NCBI GenBank assembly: GCA_964016885.1
Contig: OZ024741.1
Coordinates: 233,678,001 to 233,742,000, forward strand
Reading direction: 5' to 3'
Length of the DNA: 64,000 bases
Source of the DNA: Eledone cirrhosa
Lineage: Eukaryota
The first letter of the stretch is position 1. The number at the start of each line of letters is the position of its first letter. Position numbers and translations under genes: made by a program. Positions 37,894 through 48,887 of the stretch are shown in pieces. The notes beneath the pieces were generated by a model. It had not been told where the DNA came from and searched no databases. It saw only the letters and a list, made by a program, of their open reading frames with translations.

Positions 37894-38372
37894 TATATAT
37901 ACATACATATACACATACACACACATATATATATACACACATACTCACAACACACATATATACATATATGTACACACACATACACACATACATACACATA
38001 CATATATATATACACATATATATCCATATATATATACACACATATATATACACACACATATATATACACACACACACATACATATACGTATATATACACA
38101 TACACACACATATATCCATGTATATATATACACACAACCACACACTTACACACAACTCAGACATACATAAATATAGAGATATACATGCACACATATATAT
38201 ACATACATATATACATACATATAAATATATATACACACATATATATACACACATATATATATATATATATAAAAAAATAAATAAATACACACAGTCAGAC
38301 AATTATGCACATATATACACATACATACACACATCTCTACAAATACATATACATACACATACATACATACAC

Positions 38373-38432
<60 letters not shown>

Positions 38433-39412
38433 TTATTTACATGCGCACATATGTATTTTTATACTCACATACAAACACACAAACATACATACATACTTAC
38501 ATACACATACATACATTCACGCTTACAAATACGAATAATTATAGGGGGGGGGGGGGGGTTAAAATTATTAGTGGGAAATAGTAAATATAGGTTTCAAGGA
38601 ACATAGAATATTAATCTGCATTTAGATCATAATATGTGTTTACATAGTAGTTTCAGTATTAGGAAATATAAGAAAGAAGGCAAAATTATGCATTTTAATA
38701 TAAGTAGACTATTAATTATAGGTTAATTAAAGTAAAAATAGTTAATATATTAATTTCTAAGGTGTATACTACTTAGGTTTATAATATTTAAAGCGGAATT
38801 TTGAAGTTAAACAGTAGTAGAGTATTAATTATAGCATAACTAAATTAAAAATATTAACATTATGGTATCAATTTTAGGAAATGAATTTAGTAATAGGGAA
38901 AGCCAAATCAAGTATTTCATCGGTAGTAGAATATTAATTATAGGTTAACTAAACTAAAAATTATATATTAATTTCTATAGTATATGTTAATTAGGTTTAT
39001 AATAATTAAAGCAGATTTTGTATTTTATCTATAGTAGAATATAATTATAGGTTAACTAAAATTAAAATTAATCTATATATTTATTTGTAAAGAATATATT
39101 AATTAGGTATATATTTAAAAGTTTTTCTCAGTTTATGATTACATGATATTCTGCAATCCATCTGTATTAGAATTTTAATTTTAAGTTAACTAAATTAAAA
39201 TTATAGGTTAACTAAATTAAAATTAATTTATAAATTAATTTCTAAATTGTACATTAATTAGGTTTATAATATTAAAAAGTATTTCTCTGTTATTGATTAC
39301 ACGATATTTTGTTATATTTCATCTGTAAAGGACTTTTAATAAAAGGTCTATTTAAAATCTGTTCCCAAACAGACCTGTAATTTTGAATTGTTGTTATTAT
39401 CAATAAATATAT

Positions 39413-39565
39413 TTCATTATTTCTGAAGACGGCATATGTATGTGTTGGTATGTATATTCTATTTGATAGTTTGTATAATTTTGTATAATTTTGTACATAG
39501 ATCTTTTGAATATGCATGCCAATTCTAACACATATATGTCCTAGAAACGATCGTTAAATAATGAA
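39413..39565 (+). ncRNA. Type I hammerhead ribozyme with extended stem II (family C), in the 5' pLTR
   Basis: 10-bp stem I ttcattattt/aaataatgaa; CTGAAGA 39423-39429; 114-nt stem II region; GAAA 39544-39547; palindromic CGATCG; GUU triplet. Confidence 0.8.
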
Positions 39566-39914
39566 CTTTTTTTGTTTAATATAAGGAACTGTTTCATTGT
39601 TTTATTCATTATTTTTTTAATATTTTATCTTGACTCTGTATTCCGTTTATCTTTCACCGAATGTGATTTTTGAATGCATCTCTTCTTTCCATGATATCCG
39701 GATTACATTGAGTTCTTCATACGGATTGGACACTACCGTAAACTTTTGGTAGATTTATCTACATAATTTGCTCCTATTTTCACGGAAATATTCGTATTTT
39801 TGTACTGCATATGTGTGTTAATTTTATATTTATGTATATACATATATATGTATGATTTTATAACCCCATATACATTTAGTTGAGCTCTTTCTCTTGTCCA
39901 TTATCCATATCACA

Positions 39915-42367
39915 ATGGAAAAACAATACTTGGGAACTTCTTTAAAGAATATACCAATACCTTCTAAGGATGACTTCTTACTCCTTATGATACAGAAAAC
40001 TAACCAATTTATCAGAAGAGTTAGATGGAGGGCCTACCACTTCGATAAAAAATCTAAATATGCAGATAGGAAATATATGTATGATTTCACTACTTACAAG
40101 AATCCACCACACAACTCTCTACTTGAAGACTTTGAGAAAGACCTTTTTAATTTAATTAAACACCTCAAATTTAAGAAGTATAAATCTGTCTTTCAAAAGG
40201 ACCTTGATTCTACCCTATTGGACCTAAACAAGTCTAAAAAATCCATGTCCACTCGGACAAAACTGGAAACTTGTATCACATGGATATTGAAAATTATAAT
40301 GAGTTCATATATAAAGAACTCAGGAAAAATTATAGAAAATCTAATAATGCGTCACTCACCAACATCAACAACAAAACACACAACATAGTGAATAAACTAA
40401 ATATTGAAGATAGAACTGAACCTTTGGCATTGAAAAGACCACACTTCAACCTGAAAGATCATAAATCAAACTTTAACTCAAATCCTTCTATAAGACTTAT
40501 ATGTCCCTCCAAATCTGATATTGGAATAATTAGCAAAAAAATTTTGGATAGAGTCATCCCACAAATAAGAAAACATGTTAATTTACCACTCTGGGAAAAC
40601 ACTTCCCAGGTAATTAACTGGTTTAAAAATATTAGATGTAAATCTTCTGCTTCATTTCTACAATTTGATATAGATAATTACTATTCTTCTATATCACCTA
40701 TACTCCTGAACAAAGCTTTGATATTTGCTAAAAATAGATCTAACTTAACTTTGGATGACATTAATATTATTACACATGCTAGACTAACACTTATTGAATT
40801 TCAGAATGAATACTGGACCAGAAACACATATAGTAATCTATTTGATATTACTATGGGTTCAAGCGATTCTGCCCAAATTACTGATCTTGTGGGCCTCTTT
40901 CTTCTTTTTAACATAAATGCTTCCTTTCCCCACCTTAAAGGTGGTTTATATCGTGATGACTGTCTTCTTCTTTCCAACAACCTTAGCCTCTCAGAAATAG
41001 AAAAAAACAAAAAGCTTATTAGAACTTTCCTTAAAGACTATTATAGTCTTCATATTACTTTTGAAAACACAAGTAAAGTAGTTAATTTCCTAGATATAAC
41101 TTTAGACTTAGCTACGGGTATCTACCAACCTTACCATAAACCCAACCAAAACTTACACTACATACACTCACAATCTAATCACCCTAAATCTATCCTTAAA
41201 AACCTTGCATATAATATATCACTTAGAATTTCTAACCTTTCGTCTAACCTAGATGTATTTGATAAAAATGCGACCTTCTATAACGAAGCTCTAGATAGAA
41301 GTGGCCACAAAAATAGATTGGAATATATACCTTCTACTAATAACACTATAAACATACAACCTAATATTACCAACAAACACCAAATGAAAAGTACACACCT
41401 AAATGCCACTCACACTATACCCCAAAATACCAACATAAAACCAATTTTCTCTAACTCCTCTAATATAAAGTATAGTAACTCTCAAAAAACTACTCATCAT
41501 ACAACTCTAATAAATGTTAATAATAAAACTCCTAATAAACAAGATAAAACACCTAAATCAATAAATCTAACTAAAAATGTGCGTGGTGAGGTCATTAACA
41601 TTAATCCTCCTAGTAAACATCACGATGCAACCTATAAAAATAATAAACAACATAGAAACCGTAATAGACGAGTTACTTGGTATAATGCTCCATTTAATTT
41701 ACAAATTAAGGATAATATTGCTAAAAAAAATTTTAATATCCTAGAGAAAAACTTCCCGCCAAACCACAAATACCACCAAATCTTAAATAGATCAACAGTT
41801 AAATTCTCATACTCAACAACCAAAAACATAAAACAAAATATAAGTGCCTATAATGCATATAAATGTAAAAAAACCATAAGTATACCACCAATACATCAAA
41901 CTAACCATAATATCTCCTCAAATACAGAATTAACGAAAGGTTGTAACTGTAGAAACAAAACAAACTGCCCATTAAAAGGAAATTGTCTTGTTAACAACAT
42001 AGTTTATAAATGTAAAGTTAAAACTAAAGATTCTATTTGCTCATATATAGGAGCTACTTCTAACAATTTTAAGGTAAGGTTTAATACCCACAAACATAAT
42101 TTTAAAAATGCCGCACTGGCTAATACAACATCTCTAGCAGAAAAAATTAATAGTTATAGAAATAAGAATATAGAATATGATATGACCTGGAGTGTGCTCA
42201 AAAGAGCCACCCCTTATCAAAATAATAGAAATGAATGTAGATTGTGTTCCCAAGAACTATTTGAAATAATGAAATCTAAGGATATCCTATTAAATAAACG
42301 ACAGGAATTAATTATATCGTGTAATCATAAACTGAGAAAAACATTTAAATATTATAAACCTAATTAA
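39915..42367 (+). CDS. Naiad-type PLE polyprotein (RT + GIY-YIG endonuclease), one frameshift near 40240
   Basis: SLKNIPIPS...FIRRVRWRA; SDKTGNLY after the shift in an A-run; LKDHK..F..NP..RLI.P.KS; FDIDNYY; TMGS.D.AQITDLVG; YRDD; CNCR..CPL.G.CL..IVY; YIG; C.LC..E; LLNKR.E. Confidence 0.88.
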
Positions 42368-43568
42368 TAATATATATTTTAGAAATTAATATATAATTTA
42401 ATTTAAATGTAGTTAACCTATAATTTTAATTTAATTAAAATTCTACTACAGATGAAAATAAAAAATATTGTGTAATCATAAATTGTGAATAACTTTTAAA
42501 TATTATTAACATAATTAATATATACTTTGGAAATTAATTTATAGATTAATTTTAGTTTATTTAACCTTTTATTAAAATTCCTTTACAGATGAAATATAAC
42601 AAAATATCGTGTAATCAATAACAGAGAAATACTTTTTAATATTATAAACCTAATTAATGTACAATTTAGAAATTAATTTATAAATTAATTTTAATTTAGT
42701 TAACCTATAATTTTAATTTAGTTAACTTAAAATTAAAATTCTAATACAGATGGATTGCAGAATATCATGTAATCATAAACTGAGAAAAACTTTTAAATAT
42801 ATACCTAATTAATATATTCTTTACAAATAAATATATAGATTAATTTTAATTTTAGTTAACCTATAATTATATTCTACTATAGATAAAATACAAAATCTGC
42901 TTTAATTATTATAAACCTAATTAACATATACTATAGAAATTAATATATAATTTTTAGTTTAGTTAACCTATAATTAATATTCTACTACCGATGAAATACT
43001 TGATTTGGCTTTCCCTATTACTAAATTCATTTCCTAAAATTGATACCATAATGTTAATATTTTTAATTTAGTTATGCTATAATTAATACTCTACTACTGT
43101 TTAACTTCAAAATTCCGCTTTAAATATTATAAACCTAAGTAGTATACACCTTAGAAATTAATATATTAACTATTTTTACTTTAATTAACCTATAATTAAT
43201 AGTCTACTTATATTAAAATGCATAATTTTGCCTTCTTTCTTATATTTCCTAATACTGAAACTACTATGTAAACACATATTATGATCTAAATGCAGATTAA
43301 TATTCTATGTTCCTTGAAACCTATATTTACTATTTCCCACTAATAATTTTAATCCCCCTCCCCCCCCCCCCCTATAATTATTCGTATTTGTAAGCGTGGA
43401 TGTATGTATGTGTATGTAAGTATGTATGTATGTTTGTGTGTTTGTATATGAGTATAAAAATACATATGTGCGCATGTAAATAAGTGTGTATGAGTGTATA
43501 TATATATATATAAATGTAAGTATGTATGTATACGTACATACATATATGTATACAGACGTACAGTAGCA

Positions 43569-43613
<45 letters not shown>

Positions 43614-43775
43614 GCATACAGGTACACATACATATATGCACGCATCAGTTTAGCCGTCGTTTATTATAACGCCGGCCGCTTTGTTCGTTTGTTTGTCAAC
43701 AAACCGAACAGCCTGAATTTATGCCATACGGTGTTAAGGCAACCACGTCAACTTTTTGTTCAACACTGACACAGG

Positions 43776-43820
43776 AACGTTGTACTAGTTTCAAGCTTGT
43801 TAGCTATCATCAGCACCGTT
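43776..43820 (-). ncRNA. Minimal type I hammerhead ribozyme (family B)
   Basis: Same motif as 44249-44293 with one stem I mismatch. Confidence 0.7.
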
Positions 43821-43941
43821 TACCCGTATGGCATAAATTCAGGCTGTTCGGTTTGTTGACAAACAAACGAACAAAGCGGCCGGCGTTATAATAAACGACG
43901 GCTAAACTGATGCGTGCATATATGTATGTGTACCTGTATGC

Positions 43942-44014
<73 letters not shown>

Positions 44015-44248
44015 TGCTACTGTACGTCTGTATACATATATGTATGTACGTATACATACATACTTACATTTAAGTAAGTGCCATACTAAGAGTGAGAAAT
44101 GAAATTTCGTTTTCATTTTTTTCAACTTATCGTTTTCGGTATGCCTGACCGATTTAACTCACTCAATATGCAAATTAGGCTGCTCAGCCGTTAATTTTCA
44201 TAAGGAAAGTATATACTTTCGAACGTTCAACTATCTGGCAGATGGGTA

Positions 44249-44293
44249 AACGGTGCTGATGATAGCTAACAAGCTTGAAACTAGTACATCGTT
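44249..44293 (+). ncRNA. Minimal type I hammerhead ribozyme (family B)
   Basis: aacggtg CTGATGA(44256) tagctaacaagctt GAAA(44277) CTAG TA catcgtt. Confidence 0.8.
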
Positions 44294-44455
44294 CCTGTGT
44301 CAGTGTTGAACAAAAAGGTGACGTGGTTGCCTTAACACCGTATGGCATAAATTCAGGCTGTTCGGATTGTTGACAAACAAACGAACAAAGCGGCCGGCGT
44401 TATAATAAACGACGGCTAAACTGATGCGTGCATATATGTATGTGTACCTGTATGC

Positions 44456-44540
<85 letters not shown>

Positions 44541-44657
44541 TGCTACTGTACGTCTGTATACATATATGTATGTACGTATACATACATACTTACATTTAAG
44601 TAAGTGCCATACTAAGAGTGAGAAATGAAATTTCGTTTTCATTTTTTTCAATTTATA

Positions 44658-44701
<44 letters not shown>

Positions 44702-45179
44702 AATGTGTATGTATGTATGTGTATGTATATGTATTTGTAGAGATGTGTGTATGTATGTGTATATATGTGCATAATTGTCTGACTGTGTGTATTTATTTAT
44801 TTTTTTATATATATATATGTGTGTATATATATATGTGTGTATATATATTTATATGTATGTATATATGTATGTATATATATGTGTGTATGTATATCTCTAT
44901 ATTTATGTATGTCTGAGTTGTGTGTGAGTGTGTGGTTGTGTGTATATATATACATGGATATATGTGTGTGTATGTGTATATATACGTATATGTATGTGTG
45001 TGTGTGTATATATATGTGTGTGAATATATATGTGTGTATATATATATGTATATATATGTGTATATATATATGTATGTGTATGTATGTGTGTATGTGTGTG
45101 TACATATATGTATATATGTGTGTTGTGAGTATGTGTGTATATATATGTGTGTGTGTATGTGTATATGTATGTATATATA

Positions 45180-45225
<46 letters not shown>

Positions 45226-45451
45226 TGTATTTTATGTATGAGTATATGTTTTACTTGTTTATTTCTTTTAATATATTTCTTTTTATTTCTAAATTTATAG
45301 ATACATTTTTATAAATAGGCTGTGTCTGACACCCTCTGTAATTACTTACTCCCTTACCTATTTTTAGTTCTGCATCTAGATGTAAGTGTATGTGGCCGTG
45401 TTTATGTGTGTGCCTCAATATCCATATAGTTATAATAATAATATATACGTA

Positions 45452-45494
<43 letters not shown>

Positions 45495-45839
45495 TCGTGG
45501 GTATGTGTATGTTTATGTTTATATGCGTGTGTGTGTATGAATGTATGTATATGTGTGTATATATGAGTGTGTATATGTATACGTATGTGTATTTTGTCTG
45601 TGGATTATAAACATACAGAGACATTAGCCCTGAATTTTTGTATTTACATACATTTTTTCGGCATGCGTATACATGTGAACATACATTTTTATGCATATCT
45701 GTGAACGAAGTTACTTACATATATACACACACCTAACTGTATTTTCTTGATATATTTTTATGTATTTCATTGGTCTATTTAAAATCTGTTCCCAAACAGA
45801 CCTGTAATTTTGAATTGTTGTTATTATCAATAAATATAT

Positions 45840-45992
45840 TTCATTATTTCTGAAGACGGCATATGTATGTGTTGGTATGTATATTCTATTTGATAGTTTG
45901 TATAATTTTGTATAATTTTGTACATAGATCTTTTGAATATGCATGCCAATTCTAACACATATATGTCCTAGAAACGATCGTTAAATAATGAA
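45840..45992 (+). ncRNA. Type I hammerhead ribozyme with extended stem II (family C), in the 3' pLTR
   Basis: Same sequence as 39413-39565 (CTGAAGA 45850, GAAA 45971). Confidence 0.8.
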
Positions 45993-46030
45993 CTTTTTTT
46001 GTTTAATATAAGGAACTGTTTCATTGTTTT

Positions 46031-48590
46031 GTGGAAGAGCAATTAGAGTCGTACAATGTACAGGAACAGTGGGAATTCCTGAAAGCAAACCTGGTGATGG
46101 CGGCAGACGAAGTCTGTGGCTGGAGCAGGCCTGTAGGCAGGAGGAGAGTAACATGGTGGTGGAACAGTAAGGTGGAGGGGTCAATCAAGGCCAAAAAGCA
46201 GGCTTGGAAAGCATGGCGGGATGGGGGAAGTAGAGAAGACTATCAAGTGGCCAGGAGGGAAGCTAGGAGACAAGTGTACTTCGCAAGAAGGGAAGCAGAG
46301 GAAAGAAAGTTCAAGCATGTTCTACAACGCGAGGACCAAAAACGTGAGGTGTTCAGGATTGCTAGGCAATGTGTCAAGGAAAACCATGATATTGTCGGGG
46401 AGAAGTGTGTACTTAACGATGATGGCGTACTTGCCATCACTGACGCTGATAAGAAGGTAGCTTGGAAGTGTCACTACGAAAGTCTACTAAATGAGGAGAA
46501 TAAATGGGAGATAGACAATCTCCCCCACATCGACCTAATAGAGGGACCAGCAGTGTTAGTCGAAGGTAGTATAATAAGTAAGGCAATCAAAGATATGAAG
46601 ACGGGTAAGGCGGCTGGGCTTTTGGAAATAGTTGCTGAGATGCTGAAAGCCTCTGGAACGGTGGGACACACCATGGTCACCCGGATACCCGGATAGTAAA
46701 CAAAGTCATACAGAATGTGGTTGTTCCGAAGGACTGGCGTAGCAGCATCATCGTTAACTGTTACAAGGGTAAAGGAGACGCCCTAGATAGGAGTAACTAT
46801 AGAGGCATTAAATTAATCGACCAGGTCATGAAGGTCACGGAAAAAGTAATAACGCAACTAATCAGAGAGAGAATTGATCTAGATGAAATGCAGTTCGGGT
46901 TTGTGTCAGGTAAAAGTATCACAGACGCGCTTTTCATTGTACGACAACTACATGAGAAGTACCTAGCTAAAAGTAAACCCCTATACTTAGCTTTTGTCGA
47001 CCTGGGAAAGCCTTCGACAGAGTCCCTCGTTCCATTATCTGGTGGGCTCTTAGAAAACTAGGTGTTGACGAATGGCTTGTGAGAGCTATACAAGCCATGT
47101 ATAAAGAAACAGTCAGCAAGGTTAGAATTAACAACGAATATAGCGAAGAGTTTAGCGTAAAAGTTGGTGTCCATCAAGGCTCTGTTCTTAGTACCCTACT
47201 ATTTATTATTGCCCTTCAAGCTATAACAGAGGAGTTCAAGACCGGCTGCCCATGGGAACTCCTATACGCAGATGATCTAACGCTCATAGCTGAATCAATG
47301 GCCGAGCTACAGAAGAAATTCCAAACATGGAAGCACGGCCTAGAATCAAAAGGCCTTAAAATTAACCTGGCTAAGACTAAAGTTCTAGTTTGTAGGAAAG
47401 AAAATAAGGCGCCGGTCCCTTCCGGGAAATGGCCATGCCCAGTGTGTAGGAAAGGCGTAGGTAGAAACTCCATTTTATGTCCCAAATGCAAAGTATAGGT
47501 GCATAAAAGATGTAGTGGGATCACAGGTAAGCTAACTAAGAACATAGATTTTACATGTGGCCGGTGCTCTGGTGAAATAAGTAGCAGCAAGTGCCCACAA
47601 AATACTAGCTCTTTCAATTGCTCAGCGGGTTCTAGAGAAATAGTGGACAGCTTCCGTTACCTGGGTGACAAAATCAGCAGTGGGGGAGGGTGCTCTGAAA
47701 GTACAGTAGCTAGAGTCAGAACTGGATGGAAAAAGTTAAGAGAGCTTATACCACTATTAGCCGTTAAAGGGTTCTCCCTAAAAATGAAAGGCAGGTTGTA
47801 TGATGCCTGCATACGAACAGCAATGTTGCATGGCAGTGAGACCTGGGCATTGTGTGCAGAGGATATACGCAGACTAGAGAGGAACGAAGCTTGCATGCTC
47901 CGCTGGATGTGTAATAGTAATATACGTGAACGGCAAAGCATAAACAAACTAAGGAAAAAATTAGAAATAAGAGGGATCAGATGTTGTTTACTCGAGAGAA
48001 GACTACGTTGGTATGGTCACGTGATGCGCATGAAAGACGACAGCTGTATAAAAAAGTGCAGGGCAATAAAGATAGACGGTGGCCACGGAGTAGGCAGACC
48101 CAGAAAAACCTGGGACGAGCTGATAAATTCCGACCTCACACACTTACACCTCTCCAAGACAATGTCACTGGACCGAGACATTTGGCGGTACTCAGTAATA
48201 GAGAAGACCCGCCTTACCTAAATACAAAGTAAAACCTACTACAGTCAGTAGGCATCTCTAACAAATACACCCCCGTCCCACCACCCCCACCCCATCCACA
48301 CCGCCCCTTTCAATGTAATGTTATGTTGGTGCCACAACATCCAGGCCGAAACAAATGAGATTGTGTAGGTGTCACGATAAAAAAACACAGTCCACGCTGT
48401 AATGTGGCCGTGTAGGCAACACGGTAAAAACCTCCCAGCCCCATACTGTAAATGTGGTTGGTGTTAGGAAGGGCATCCAGCTGTAGAAAACCCGCCAGAC
48501 AGTCCTATGCGAGCAATGACAACCACTCTTGCCTCAAGTGGGAAAAACTCCCGTCCAAACCCATGCAAGCATGGAACATGGACGTTAAAC

Positions 48591-48621
<31 letters not shown>
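46031..48621 (+). mobile_element. RTE-clade LINE, 5'-truncated, few lesions, (GAT)n tail
   Basis: Four consecutive ORF pieces with RT motifs (YADD near 47265) and LRWYGHVMRM. (GAT)n at 48591-48620. Confidence 0.93.
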
Positions 48622-48887
48622 TGGCCACTTGAAAGCATTATGTACTAAACTGTACTAATGTTGATAAGTATGTGTTCTAGAATACCATCTTGAGACATTA
48701 AAAAAAAATCAACAACTTCAGGGAATAATATTGGCTGCCTTGCTATTTCACATAGAAGACATAGAAATTAAGCAGACACACACAAAAAAAACTGAAAAAA
48801 AAAACTCTTACAAAGAAAGAAGTCTGTCCAATTGAATAAAGAAGACAAAAATGAATGCAGAAATTGCTTTTCCATTATATTAGACAA

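Larger units (their letters stand above)
43511..44652. mobile_element. Retrozyme-like family B insertion: inverted copy plus partial head-to-tail dimer of a ~525-bp unit
   Basis: Minus copy 43511-43825, plus partial copy 43826-44125, segment 44126-44220, plus copy 44221-44652. Missing from the mirrored arm near 38400. Confidence 0.75.
36994..46030 (+). mobile_element. Naiad-type Penelope-like element with a 5' inverted copy of its 3' UTR, a pseudo-LTR, the ORF and a long 3' UTR
   Basis: About 37020-39347 is the inverse of 42564-46030, apart from an insert at 43511-44652. Direct pLTR copies at 39345-39628 and about 45772-46030. Confidence 0.88.

Noticed and set aside
37353-38606. Many Y/I/H/T- or V/C/M-rich ORFs (also 1247-1839, 27106-27582, 30003-30376, 43349-45696 and 58780-59127)
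   Set aside because: Translations of (TA)n/(CA)n microsatellites, which lack stop codons by composition.
39738-39880. Possible 5' UTR intron in the Naiad element
   Set aside because: Candidate donors (GTAAAC, GTAGAT) are weak and cannot be supported without transcripts.
39915-42367. Selenocysteine recoding, reported for some Naiad elements
   Set aside because: No in-frame TGA in this ORF; the only lesion is a frameshift. No SECIS was recognised by eye.
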